DNA of 47,591 nucleotides from Stramenopiles sp. TOSAG23-6 (taxonomy: Eukaryota), in NCBI GenBank assembly GCA_900128565.1, contig LT635927.1, positions 1 to 47,591 on the forward strand. The letters run 5' to 3'. The position numbers and the translations under genes were made by a program. A model generated the notes under the pieces. The model worked only from the letters and a program-made list of their open reading frames with translations. It ran no database searches and was not told the origin of the DNA. The stretch's first letter is position 1. Every line of letters starts with the position of its first letter. Of this stretch, positions 19,419 through 30,018 are shown in pieces.

Positions 19419-22400
19419 TTATGATAATGAAAAAGAAGATAATTCTACTTCTTTGCATTTAAGTTTGAAGTTGATACCCTTGTATTCATTCTTCAGTTGT
19501 TCCATGGTGATTGATTTCGGTTTCTCTGGCGCAACCATTCTCCAGATATATCGCTCTTCATTACTCTGTCCACGTATAACATCATTGTCATTGCCAATGG
19601 CATCTACGCGCATGATACGATGTCGAGAAACATAGTAATTTGGTGGTGGTACCTTCGGTTCACGGATCAACGCGCGCCTCCGCAATATATGTCGTAGATC
19701 CATACGTCGCAAATTTACATCGGCTAGTACAGCCACATCATCGGTAAAGCTACTAAAAGCACCAGCCCAATTGGCAGGTTTGCGCTTACTCATAAGTTGT
19801 GGGAAACAAGGAGGGGTGCTATGTCTAAAAGCAGCTTTGAAAACGCGATATGCGTATAATCGACGGCTAGCGAATGGTTTAGGGAACATACATCCCACTG
19901 ACACTGAATCTTCAACATCACCATTCATTAAATGCCAGAGAAGTTCTACTACTTTTTGCGTAATAGGTGTCATTCCCTGTAACGCAGCTATCAAATACGA
20001 TCCTTCATTCTTACCATCAATATTTTCACACAATGTAACAAGTTCACTCCATATTACAGCTTCTAAACGTGGAAGAAACGCCCGTGAAGCTATTGCGCTA
20101 AAAATCCAACCTAGAGCACGACAACAATTTTCTCTATTATTATCATTACTGTCAATTTCGATCGGTTTATTGCTGTAACCTGACCCAAAATTACCATATT
20201 TTTTACGAGACTTTCCATAAATTTTACCAAACTGTCGAGCAAAAAAATGACATACTATACTTTCAGCAGCAGCATCTCTTACAGGCCATGGCATTTCTGG
20301 GTATGAATTGGAAACTTCTGTATTATTCACAATATTCACAGCAGACTTCTTCAATAAACAAAGTGTGTCGTATGGGGAATCATTCAGTTTCTTACCAGCA
20401 ATTTCTAGTGTACACAATGCTCTAACGCAACTTGCGGCAACTACTCCATTGTAGCTTCGCCTGATATGATCAAAACCGAGATATCTTTTAATTTCCCATA
20501 CTGGACTGCCTACACTTTCTGTAGTGAGTCCACTTGTTGATCCAAACGAACTACTAGCAGCATATGCGCTTGCAAGAGCAGTCACAACAGCTGCAACGTA
20601 ACCACCATCTCCAAAAGTATTGCCACGATTATCATTCTCACGTAAAAGTTCAAGAAGGAAGGTAATAACTGTTTCAGGTACAATACCATTTCGTGCTCGA
20701 ACAGAGGCAATTGCCATTGGTACAGAACACTTGAGGGCATAATCAGAAATATCCGTTGCGGAAAAACGATTTGGTCTCAGCTGATCACTTTCATCAAACC
20801 AACCAGAAACGCGTTTAAAGAAATTAATAAGTAAATTAAGTCCATTCCAACTACCACTTGCGGTCGATGCAGCTGACACAGGTGCATGTAAGTTCTGCCA
20901 TCGCGTCAATGCCCATGCAGCCGCTATTCGGAGTGGTAGACAATTTCGAGGATTTATAAGAACACGATTTATAGAATGACACGCAGTCAATGATGGGGGT
21001 TTCCCAGGTAAAGGAAGACGTGCAAGACCTTGAAGTGCATCTATATGAGCAACAACTCCATGACCATCTGATAATTGTTTAGTGTACATAAATATCTTTT
21101 GTTCAAACTGCAAACGACGCAACCAATGCAAATCAGGATCTATTCGTACAAATAATATAGGAGTATCATTTGTTTCTGAACTATCACCATTATTATTTCT
21201 ATTCTTTTTTGGTTTACTTCGCATTTTTCTTACTTTTGTGTGACAAATAAAAGACCAATCATGTCTCCTTCTCTCTATGCGACGAATATGATCCGTGGAT
21301 CCTGATTGCTCTATTACGCGAACAACAATCTCACCTTCAAATCGTTCTCCAATCTGTTCTAAATGGACTTGAGCCATATTCTGTTTGCGATGATAATTGA
21401 AACTAGCTCGAAAATTAGCTGCCCCAAAGCCACTACCGTATATCCATTGCTGTGCAAACCCTTTGGTTAAACTTTCCGCTGATGTAGCACCATTTGCTCC
21501 TCGTCGAAAGGCAGATAATACAGATTGTGTCGTCATTAACCAATGTTGAGTTCTATTGACCCCACTATCTCCATTACAAGATATAACACTTTCATTGATA
21601 TTACCATTGACGGATGTTTTATTATTTTCGCAATCAATGACAGTTGGAGTCTCTGTACATTGAAGTAAATCTTTACGAAGAGCAACATTCGCATCTGATG
21701 CAGCTTTTAGTAAATTGCGTAATACTATACGGAAACTTCCCACCCCAACACGTCTTTCAATCATATGCGCAACAAAAGCTGCTTTCATTGCTGCTACTGT
21801 TCCTCCACCTACAATATTAGGCATAACTGTCCATAGAGCTGTAGGGGATGGCTGCAAAGGGCGTTGTTGTTTAGGTGCCCTGACTGAGCGCAGATGCCCT
21901 CCTTCTATAGCACATATAGAGACAATGTCATTTAGAGCCCTCATACGACTCCAATAATGATCAACGCCACAAAGCTCTCGGCTGTAGAGGTTGACAAGAC
22001 AACCACAAAATGCTGCTTGTAGCCAAACATAAATCCACGTGGGAACATCCATCAAACCACCAAACCACTGTTGTGCCACACCATTTGCTTGACATAATTC
22101 AGAACGATGAGTGTGATCCAATTCATTCGAAGGTCTAATTAGCTCAGAACTAAGTATAACTAAAGATGAAAAGGCAACCACACTATCCACGAGACCATGT
22201 ACCTTTGGAACACCAGGTGGATGAGCAGGATGTGTTGGAACTTCTAATCCCTGGACAAATACTTGTCTATGTAATACATGCCGTTGCTTTACCACAGTTT
22301 CATTTTTCTCTACCTGCCTTTTCTTTACATTTTTAACCCCATTCTCTATTTTTAGTGATGAATTAGTATCTTCACCGGAGAGAAAAGGATATTCACACAT

Positions 22401-23543
22401 TAAATACTTTCTCATCCACCGAATGGCCCCACCACATGCCGTACAACTTTTCCTGAATTCTTCTTTTTGACATTCAATATTTTTAGAGGAAGAAACTCCA
22501 TGAGAGTCATATACATTTATATTATTATCAATACTAGTCGTCGCGCCTAAAATTGTATCATAGGTTCGATTAGTACCTCCTAAAGCTGATGGAAGACAAA
22601 AATGTGTAACTAAAGGTAATGAATCTTTGGCATCTTCGTTATTATCAGCGACAGCAATAAACGGACCCACAGCAAGACCCAATGATCGTGCTGCTATAGG
22701 TGATTTAATTGCATACTTAAATGTTATTGTGTCAATCAGGTTTTTAGAATCAACATTATCTATCACATCGTCTACACAATATTTTTTATCTTTTACACGA
22801 GCGTGTAAACTCAACGAAGAACTACTATTCCATTGAGAAGCACTGACAAAACCGCGACGAGAACCAAGAAGTTCACCACTACATATTGCAGTATTATTAG
22901 AATCACTTCGAACTGTAATCTCTATTTCGTACGTGTGACGCGATTTTGGTGAATCAATGCATGGGAACCATGCTCGAGGACCAGTTCCTCCGGATAGAAC
23001 AGTGCCACTCCCCGATGGTGCCTGGTGAGTGTACATGTGGGGTATTGAACCAGGAAAAGAATTTGGCCCTATAAATCTAATTCCAGCTGTTGCATCATGT
23101 AGCTCATAATTAACGACAACAGTTATACTAGGCATCATAGATATATTACCCTTGTTTTCCAATACTGCTTTGGGGATAGATACAACAAGCTCTCCTTGTT
23201 CAGCTGCACACATTGCAGCACGATAGTGTACATAAAACGCCTGCAAATCCCGATATTCCTCCCTCGTGGGAACAGCCAAGAAGTCCATCAGCTCATATTT
23301 TGCATCATAACCATTTACGGTGATATTGTTTATTGTACATTGCCGGAAGTGCAGTCGTAATGTTTCGTCTGTCTTCTTTGTTTTCTTGCGTGGAGGACGA
23401 GGGCTAGATTTAGAACTTGCTGATTGACCAGCACCAGTAGGAAGTAGTATTAATTCCGAGCGACCAGCTAACCACTGTTTCTCAGTATCGACGCGTAGTT
23501 CAAGTCGCTGCTTTTGTACGCGAAAACCTCGAGACCAAGTCAT
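19419..23543 (-). CDS. TAF2: Transcription initiation factor TFIID subunit 2 (non-catalytic M1 aminopeptidase fold)
   Basis: LRLHFRQCTI, GELVV, RAWFPCID, QQWFG without HEXXH, QWIYGSG, FVRIDPDLHWL, LLRENDNRGNTFGDGGYVAAVVTAL, SYNGVVAASC. Confidence 0.9.
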   Translation of the reverse strand: MTWSRGFRVQKQRLELRVDTEKQWLAGRSELILLPTGAGQSASSKSSPRPPRKKTKKTDETLRLHFRQCTINNITVNGYDAKYELMDFLAVPTREEYRDLQAFYVHYRAAMCAAEQGELVVSIPKAVLENKGNISMMPSITVVVNYELHDATAGIRFIGPNSFPGSIPHMYTHQAPSGSGTVLSGGTGPRAWFPCIDSPKSRHTYEIEITVRSDSNNTAICSGELLGSRRGFVSASQWNSSSSLSLHARVKDKKYCVDDVIDNVDSKNLIDTITFKYAIKSPIAARSLGLAVGPFIAVADNNEDAKDSLPLVTHFCLPSALGGTNRTYDTILGATTSIDNNINVYDSHGVSSSKNIECQKEEFRKSCTACGGAIRWMRKYLMCEYPFLSGEDTNSSLKIENGVKNVKKRQVEKNETVVKQRHVLHRQVFVQGLEVPTHPAHPPGVPKVHGLVDSVVAFSSLVILSSELIRPSNELDHTHRSELCQANGVAQQWFGGLMDVPTWIYVWLQAAFCGCLVNLYSRELCGVDHYWSRMRALNDIVSICAIEGGHLRSVRAPKQQRPLQPSPTALWTVMPNIVGGGTVAAMKAAFVAHMIERRVGVGSFRIVLRNLLKAASDANVALRKDLLQCTETPTVIDCENNKTSVNGNINESVISCNGDSGVNRTQHWLMTTQSVLSAFRRGANGATSAESLTKGFAQQWIYGSGFGAANFRASFNYHRKQNMAQVHLEQIGERFEGEIVVRVIEQSGSTDHIRRIERRRHDWSFICHTKVRKMRSKPKKNRNNNGDSSETNDTPILFVRIDPDLHWLRRLQFEQKIFMYTKQLSDGHGVVAHIDALQGLARLPLPGKPPSLTACHSINRVLINPRNCLPLRIAAAWALTRWQNLHAPVSAASTASGSWNGLNLLINFFKRVSGWFDESDQLRPNRFSATDISDYALKCSVPMAIASVRARNGIVPETVITFLLELLRENDNRGNTFGDGGYVAAVVTALASAYAASSSFGSTSGLTTESVGSPVWEIKRYLGFDHIRRSYNGVVAASCVRALCTLEIAGKKLNDSPYDTLCLLKKSAVNIVNNTEVSNSYPEMPWPVRDAAAESIVCHFFARQFGKIYGKSRKKYGNFGSGYSNKPIEIDSNDNNRENCCRALGWIFSAIASRAFLPRLEAVIWSELVTLCENIDGKNEGSYLIAALQGMTPITQKVVELLWHLMNGDVEDSVSVGCMFPKPFASRRLYAYRVFKAAFRHSTPPCFPQLMSKRKPANWAGAFSSFTDDVAVLADVNLRRMDLRHILRRRALIREPKVPPPNYYVSRHRIMRVDAIGNDNDVIRGQSNEERYIWRMVAPEKPKSITMEQLKNEYKGINFKLKCKEVELSSFSLS

Positions 23544-23860
23544 GGAACTAAAATCTCACAAGCTAAGTAATACCTAATTTGTTCAGAATCGCATAGAGTA
23601 GAGAAAAAACTTAGACATCAAGTAGTTTGCAGGCGCCGATACACTTGAGAGTAGCTTTATTTTATGAAGGTGTCGAATAGAATCGAATGAGAGAATATTG
23701 TCCTTCAAGTCAACCGAATTATTTCCCAATAATCATAATATTGACCGTCGAAGCCAAAACAGGTTTGCGCCACCGCCCGAATAAAAACGTTACGGTCAAA
23801 AGAAAGAAAAGGTCGAGTCACAACTTTGAATAGATACTACACCAACATATTAATTGGATA

Positions 23861-24979
23861 ATGCCAGGTCGCCATGCTAATCATCTTGGAGCAAATAGTC
23901 TTCGTGGAGGTCGCAACAACTATAGCGCAAAGACTCTAGGTGGCAACTTCGTGGAGGCACGTAATGAACCATCGTATTTTATGAAAGTAGGAAAAGCTGC
24001 ATCTGATCCAGCTTGGCAAAGTACGACACAGTTACAGCAGCTTGATGCGACAGGCCAAGTTCTTAATTCATTTGGTGGAGGTATCCCGGAGGAGAAGTCC
24101 GCTGATATAAATTATGACAATATCGTTAACTTTGATAACAGGCAAAGTGAAAAGAATTGGAAACCACTGAGTAAATCAACTTATGGAAAGGGCAAAAAAA
24201 ACGAGTTTAGTACAGTTTTTAAAGAAAAACCTGCACTGGGAAACAACGAATTAAATGACTACAGGAGACGTTGGACTCAAGAAACCCCCGTGATGCGCCA
24301 GGCTCGATACCGAACCGAGCAAACTATCATGATGAACCGAACTGTTCCAAGTGCATTTACTACTGATGTTTTATCTTCTTTACCAGGCATGCCAAAGGTA
24401 GTCGAGGATGTCCGAAAATTGATACTAAAACGTAGTGGTTCAGATGGAGTTCGTTCGTTAACACGTATGCTCAGGTGTTTCGATGATTCTGGAGACGGCA
24501 AACTCTCTAAAGATGAATTTAAATGGGGTTTGATGGACTATGGTATTGAACTTGAGCCAACGCATTATGATGAGTTATTCAACGCCTTTGACAGAGACCG
24601 TAATGGATTTATTGACTTTACTGAATTTCTTGCAGTAATACGCGGTCCTATGAGCACACCACGGTTGAATGTAGTTGGCAAAGCGTTCTCAAAGTTAGAT
24701 AAGACTGGCGATGGGATAATTAGCGTTGAGGATCTTTTGAATACATTTGATGCAAGCAAACACCCAAGTGTATTATCTGGTTCATTATCAGAGAAAGATG
24801 TGTTAGCAAATATGACTACCGTCTGGGAAGGTGCTACTGGTAATCACGATGGTCAAGTTACTAAGAGTGAATTTGCTGATTATTACCGTGATATGAGCAA
24901 CAGTATGGATTCTGACGACGAATTTATACAAATGGTTCAAAATGCTTGGAATTTATCCAATGATGAAAGAAAAGTATGA
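23861..24979 (+). CDS. Calcyphosin-like EF-hand protein with an N-terminal extension
   Basis: EF-hands DDSGDGKLSKDE, DRDRNGFIDFTE, DKTGDGIISVED; calcyphosin motifs IRGPM, AFSKLDKTGDG, HPSV, DGQVTKSEFADYY, MVQNAW. Confidence 0.85.
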   Translation: MPGRHANHLGANSLRGGRNNYSAKTLGGNFVEARNEPSYFMKVGKAASDPAWQSTTQLQQLDATGQVLNSFGGGIPEEKSADINYDNIVNFDNRQSEKNWKPLSKSTYGKGKKNEFSTVFKEKPALGNNELNDYRRRWTQETPVMRQARYRTEQTIMMNRTVPSAFTTDVLSSLPGMPKVVEDVRKLILKRSGSDGVRSLTRMLRCFDDSGDGKLSKDEFKWGLMDYGIELEPTHYDELFNAFDRDRNGFIDFTEFLAVIRGPMSTPRLNVVGKAFSKLDKTGDGIISVEDLLNTFDASKHPSVLSGSLSEKDVLANMTTVWEGATGNHDGQVTKSEFADYYRDMSNSMDSDDEFIQMVQNAWNLSNDERKV

Positions 24980-25041
24980 AATTTTTTTTGTGTGAAAATA
25001 AAATAATTTTTTTGATCAAATATTTATTTTTTTGATATATT

Positions 25042-26304
25042 TCACCCTGAAGCAGAAAAAAAGAGATCCCTCAACTGCAAACGTTGCACAAACTGCTTTG
25101 TTTCTTCCGGTGAATCACACTTAAACTTAACTCCAAGTTTCATTGTGGATGTTTCTAATACTAATTCCCCAAAAAACATTACTGGGGCAGCATGTTGTGT
25201 TGTATTTTCACCTGAAAAATATAACTTTAGTGTATTATTAACTACTCCAGATGCCATTACACTGAAACCTCTTCTGTTCAGATGTTCTTGTAGTTGAATT
25301 ACTGATGGAACACGATCTACAGCACAATCAAATGCACCACTTTGTGGAAGGCTTTCCCAATATTGTGAAAATAATTCTGGTGTCATTCCAGAACTTCCTA
25401 TACTAGAAATATTAGCAGGGGTTGTATTGTCCCAAATACTGGAACTTTCAGCATCATTCCCACTAACTACTGCACTACTCCCCCAAGTAGTATTAGATAT
25501 TGATGGATCCATTCCATATTTGTCGCCTGCTGTATCAATATTACCTTCCTCAATATCGTCAATAGTATCTCCTCTATTTCCTGGTACAACGGAATGCATA
25601 TCACCAGTCCCATCGCCATAACCACCAGCAGTGTCCGCGTGAGCTTTTTCCAACTGAGATCGTCTATAGAGCAGAAGTAGAAATCGAATATAACCTATTG
25701 AAGCAATAATCATAAATATAAGAATTGCAAATGTAAATACATAAAAGGTAGACGTGCTCCAACATTTCCCAGTCATTGATAATAATAACCAGAAGCTCAT
25801 AGCTAAATCAAAGGCACTCAGTACAGCATTAGAACGAACGTGGCCTCGAGTTACAGTCCAACCTGTTGCAATCCAAACTTGACGTTGGTATGCAACAAGT
25901 AGAGTTACTGAAAGCGTCGAAAGCACCTTAAATATAAGCAATACCAAAAATGATGGACCTCCGCATGTATACTTGAATTCATCAGCCTGTTGGACCTTTC
26001 CAACTTTGAACTCGAGAAGTAAAACGCAAAATAAAAGAACTGTCAATAATGAGCACTGGATACTTGCCATTTTTAAAATTGTTCCTTTAGCTATTTGACG
26101 TGAAGTTAATGAAACTCGAGTAGAACGTCCTCTAAGAGAATCTGCAGTCCCAATTGAATGTCTGAAACGGTTATTCATTGCAGTTCGTCGGTTTGAAGCT
26201 TTCTTTTTTTTTCCTGTTTTAGTTCGGCCATGATTTGAGTTGTAGTCCCCGTTCATTTCAACCCCCACGCTCGGGCGAAGCTCCTCTTTATCTCGTGAAT
26301 CCAT
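25042..26304 (-). CDS. Four-TM membrane protein with a C-terminal beta-adaptin (AP-4 beta-like) appendage platform domain
   Basis: Four hydrophobic helices (~26070..25670) and an acidic linker, then MTPELFSQYWESLP...HLNRRGFSVMASG...KLYFSG...FFGELVL...VKFKCD. ATG placed at 26304. Confidence 0.65.
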   Translation of the reverse strand: MDSRDKEELRPSVGVEMNGDYNSNHGRTKTGKKKKASNRRTAMNNRFRHSIGTADSLRGRSTRVSLTSRQIAKGTILKMASIQCSLLTVLLFCVLLLEFKVGKVQQADEFKYTCGGPSFLVLLIFKVLSTLSVTLLVAYQRQVWIATGWTVTRGHVRSNAVLSAFDLAMSFWLLLSMTGKCWSTSTFYVFTFAILIFMIIASIGYIRFLLLLYRRSQLEKAHADTAGGYGDGTGDMHSVVPGNRGDTIDDIEEGNIDTAGDKYGMDPSISNTTWGSSAVVSGNDAESSSIWDNTTPANISSIGSSGMTPELFSQYWESLPQSGAFDCAVDRVPSVIQLQEHLNRRGFSVMASGVVNNTLKLYFSGENTTQHAAPVMFFGELVLETSTMKLGVKFKCDSPEETKQFVQRLQLRDLFFSASG

Positions 26305-26480
26305 TTCCAGATTCAACACTATGCAGAGCAACCAGTCACTACTTTTCAAAATAAAGAAAAAGGGTTGGACTATTTATTCTAATCTAACCTTGTACTTGCT
26401 ACCGTATTACCCGTACACTCTTGATTAATTCAAAACAGTTACATTTCCTAGTAGTATACAAGTTCCGTTTGATTTTTATC

Positions 26481-26506
26481 AAAAAAAAAAAAAAAAAAAA
26501 AAAAAA
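26481..26506 (+). repeat. Poly(dA) tract, 26 nt
   Basis: Uninterrupted A26 in the spacer between two minus-strand genes. Confidence 0.9.
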
Positions 26507-26593
26507 GAAATGACCGAAAATTTGCCGATTGATATTTCGTGTTTATTTTATTATTTACCATACTAACTATTAAATTATTAATTTCAATTACTA

Positions 26594-27802
26594 CTATTGT
26601 TTCAATTTATTCTGACGCTTTCCCTTGGAACTTTCACTTAAATGAAGATTTTTCCAACGCCATGTTAACTTGAAAACAGATACATTTGAAGGCCAAAAAC
26701 CAAATTTCTCTACTGGACAAATTGGCTCAAATTGATCAATGTTAAAGCACATGGCTAAACGTGAGAAAAATGCCACATTTTCTAGTCCAGGTAAACTACA
26801 CGAGGGCGAAGACCATGGGAAGCGCCCAGGACGATGTTCGAAGCCAAATAATATCAAAGGCTCTGTATTTGTTTGAGCTTTGCATTCAGCAGCCGATGGC
26901 GCCTCCTCAAAAGTATGTTTAGAAGCTAGCCAATTACTATTTAATTTATCATTCTGTAGTATTCTTTCATCAACGTCTAGACTCTGGCGACGACGATGAA
27001 CATTATGAAAGTGTTTTCCAACTACACATTCTTCATTATCACGACTATTAGACTTGGGGTAATAAATACCAGGATGTTTCGCGAGTAAACTTCTTTTAAA
27101 CTTAGTAGATATTATTGTATGTTCTTCTACTTTGTTTATAGCATCAGTGGCCACTTCAGCACAAGTAACAGCTTTTAAATTCACATCAATTGTTTTTGAA
27201 TATATTTTAGGAATTTTAATGTTCCTGTTTGATGGACTTATAGCACTAAGTTCACATAATAATCCAATCAGAGCACTCCATACATCATCGTTGCCATAAA
27301 CAAGATCTGCTCCTAAAACTACATCATAACCACGTTTTGCAATATCTTTCCAAAGAGAATCATCTTTCCAATCTAAACCTTCAATACATATACTACCCCC
27401 TGCTCTGTCTATAGCTACTCTATTGGCTACTACATTTAGCTGCAAAAGTTCTAAACGACCAGCTTCAGAATCTGGCAACTCTGTAAGGGTGACGTGTGCA
27501 CCAAGCACAGCAGCTGCAATACCAAGCAAACCAACGCCAGATCCTAGCTCGAGAACTTTGCAACCACGCCAATATCCTTTAGGAAACGATGAATGCATAG
27601 CAATCATATTTGCCATAGTAGGGGCACACGACCAAAGAGTCGTTAACTTTTCAGCGTGGCCAATTGCTTCGTGAATCTGTATTTCTTGTCCAATATCCCC
27701 ATGGAACTTGAACGGTTCCAAGAGCCTCGTCTTTAACGGTGATTTCAGTAAAGAGCCTTCATTTTTATCTGAAAGGATGGTAGGGAATTTATCGTCCATC
27801 AT
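26594..27802 (-). CDS. Seven-beta-strand protein-lysine methyltransferase, METTL21/Methyltransf_16 family
   Basis: LWSCA, KVLELGSGVGLLGI, VTLTE, LDW, YDVVLGADLVY motifs. Confidence 0.85.
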   Translation of the reverse strand: MMDDKFPTILSDKNEGSLLKSPLKTRLLEPFKFHGDIGQEIQIHEAIGHAEKLTTLWSCAPTMANMIAMHSSFPKGYWRGCKVLELGSGVGLLGIAAAVLGAHVTLTELPDSEAGRLELLQLNVVANRVAIDRAGGSICIEGLDWKDDSLWKDIAKRGYDVVLGADLVYGNDDVWSALIGLLCELSAISPSNRNIKIPKIYSKTIDVNLKAVTCAEVATDAINKVEEHTIISTKFKRSLLAKHPGIYYPKSNSRDNEECVVGKHFHNVHRRRQSLDVDERILQNDKLNSNWLASKHTFEEAPSAAECKAQTNTEPLILFGFEHRPGRFPWSSPSCSLPGLENVAFFSRLAMCFNIDQFEPICPVEKFGFWPSNVSVFKLTWRWKNLHLSESSKGKRQNKLKQ

Positions 27803-27925
27803 GAGGCCAAACCAATGACTAACTATTCAATAGGGAAGCATAACGCAATCGGTTACAGTTAATATAGTACCTGTAGGTGAATGTATGGCTGAGGCTGAAC
27901 TGAATGTTTGATGTCCTGACAGCGA

Positions 27926-27964
27926 TGACATCATGTCAAAAATTTCATTCTTGATGTCAACTCA
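27926..27964. promoter_or_regulatory. TGACAT-c-ATGTCA palindrome and TGATGTCAACTCA motif in a divergent spacer
   Basis: Palindrome at 27926..27938; the 13-mer at 27952..27964 is identical to 32394..32406. Confidence 0.45.
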
Positions 27965-28059
27965 CTGGTCATCGTCAATATTGTTGTCGGCTTGCTTCGC
28001 TTTTCCGTCCAATTTATGTTCTACCTTAACATCTTCTCATTTTACTTCCCTCAGCTTTA

Positions 28060-29067
28060 ATGCTGAGAAAAACTTTTACCAACGCTACTGCTAACGATGT
28101 CTCAGTCTTACTGTGTCATGCAACTGGGTTTTGCAAAGAAGTATGGGTGCCGTTTATTTCAGCCCTTTCATCTCAGTTAAATCAAAATAACGTAGTTTTC
28201 TCTGATATGGGAGAGGTTGAAGTAACCGCATTTGACTTTACTGGACATGGTTCCAATAGTTTAGAAAAAAAAGATTATGCAGTTTCCAATGATACTGTTG
28301 ATTGGTCTATTTTTTCTCAGGATATTTCTAGCGTTCATAATAAACTTGAAGCTAATGACTTTATAAGTAAAAAACAACCTACTACAGTTGGTGTAGGACA
28401 CAGTATGGGTGCTACTGCGCTGTTACTTTCAGAATTACAACAGCCTGGGACATTTTCAGAGCTTGTACTATTTGAACCAATAGTTTTCCCCCCTCGACCT
28501 TCACCAATGACACCTGCTATGGAATTTTTATTATCACAACTAAAACAATCCCCGTTAGCAAGAAGCGCAAAAAATCGTAGAGGTTCATTCACTTCTAAAA
28601 AAAATGCAACTCTAAAGGATTTTCAGACAGAATTAATAGAATATTTCTCATCCAAAAGTGTTTTTCAAAACTGGGATAAGGCAGCCTTGAAATGCTATGT
28701 TGAAGGTGGGTTTCACATCACTAAAGTGCCTGGGGAAGCAGGCAAGCTATTAGCAAAACTTCATTGTGACCCTCGTTTTGAGGCTAATATATACAGTTCT
28801 GATATAACGATGTTAAAAATATGGGAAAATCTTTCTGAAATCACATGTCCTGTTACAGTAGTTGCAGGGAGGAATAGTGTTCACTTAGACCAATTAGCGG
28901 TTCATTATCCAAATCTGAAAGATATAAATACAACGGGAATCTATAAAAGTATGTCAAATTCCTTAAAAGGTTCATTTGTAGGAATAAATTCTGGTCATTT
29001 TATTCCAATGGAATCTCCTGTGGCATCAGCTACAGTTGTAGCTAATGTTATTCAAAGAATCTCTTAG
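28060..29067 (+). CDS. Alpha/beta hydrolase fold protein
   Basis: CHATGF oxyanion region, DFTGHG, GHSMG nucleophile elbow, LFEP, GHFIPME catalytic His. Confidence 0.9.
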   Translation: MLRKTFTNATANDVSVLLCHATGFCKEVWVPFISALSSQLNQNNVVFSDMGEVEVTAFDFTGHGSNSLEKKDYAVSNDTVDWSIFSQDISSVHNKLEANDFISKKQPTTVGVGHSMGATALLLSELQQPGTFSELVLFEPIVFPPRPSPMTPAMEFLLSQLKQSPLARSAKNRRGSFTSKKNATLKDFQTELIEYFSSKSVFQNWDKAALKCYVEGGFHITKVPGEAGKLLAKLHCDPRFEANIYSSDITMLKIWENLSEITCPVTVVAGRNSVHLDQLAVHYPNLKDINTTGIYKSMSNSLKGSFVGINSGHFIPMESPVASATVVANVIQRIS

Positions 29068-29209
29068 GAAAAGCTGATGAAAGGTTAACACTGGAACAGA
29101 CAATATAAGAGAAACAAACTTTATGTAACATTAAAAGATGCACTTTATTAGTTTATTTTATCAGTTTCAATTATTACCCAGTAGTGAAATTTATACAGGA
29201 AAGTATATG

Positions 29210-29656
29210 CTACTGTCGAAGATTTGCGAGGAACGCTCTATTGGAGTCAACTTCCTGTTCTTCTGTTTTCTCTGTAGATTTCATCCTAACCACAGAAGAT
29301 TGCTCCAAAAAATCATAGATTTTCAGAGAAGATTTACGACATGACATTATTGATCCAGACGTAGCTAGTACAGTAATCGATACAGAAGTTTCTTTCAAAG
29401 AAGAGATAAAGTTTAAAGCCGCGTGACACTCTTTTACAAAGTCTCGGCAGACACGAACAACTATCAAACCTAAATGTTCACAGTAAAATTTCACCTGTAA
29501 GGAATCAAGGACAACGCCTAACCCATGTTCTCCAAAGTTACAAGAAATTGATTCCAACAGTGCATCACTCAAATACTTTGGCGTAACGTGGGGTACGCTA
29601 GTGTTTTTGTCCCATTTTAACAGAGCTGTAATATATCGATTCTTAAAGCGTACCAT
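29210..29656 (-). CDS. POP5: RNase P/MRP protein subunit Pop5 (Rpp14/Pop5 family)
   Basis: MVRFKNRY start, NFGEHG, VKFY, IVVRVCR, SGSI. Confidence 0.9.
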   Translation of the reverse strand: MVRFKNRYITALLKWDKNTSVPHVTPKYLSDALLESISCNFGEHGLGVVLDSLQVKFYCEHLGLIVVRVCRDFVKECHAALNFISSLKETSVSITVLATSGSIMSCRKSSLKIYDFLEQSSVVRMKSTEKTEEQEVDSNRAFLANLRQ

Positions 29657-29909
29657 TTTATATTAATTACCTTGAGGTAATAAAGCACGGAGGAGTAAGA
29701 AAATTGTCGCACATTATGCTTATGTTGTAGATATATGGATGTATTTATTTCCTTCCAAGATAATACTGCATCACTTCTTTTGTCCCTTGTTGCAACTTGC
29801 AACGCGTAAATCAAATATATTTTGAGCTTATTCGAGCTCGGCTAGACTAGTACTATGACTGACTACAGTTATACAAGGTTGGTTCGTACTAGTTTTCGCA
29901 CTGACACCG

Positions 29910-29921
29910 TGACACGTGTCA
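29910..29921. promoter_or_regulatory. TGACACGTGTCA palindrome in the POP5/cyclophilin divergent spacer
   Basis: Perfect 12-bp palindrome with inverted TGACA half-sites and a CACGTG core. Confidence 0.45.
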
Positions 29922-30018
29922 AAATTTGCTGTTAAATTCAAATTCTACATCTATTCAAAAAAAACAAGAAGACGAAAAAAAAGTTAAAAAAAAATAAAAT
30001 AATTTCTTTGCTTTTAGG

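Noticed and set aside
19419-23543. Active M1 aminopeptidase
   Set aside because: No HEXXH or GAMEN motif; the C-terminal motifs are those of TAF2.
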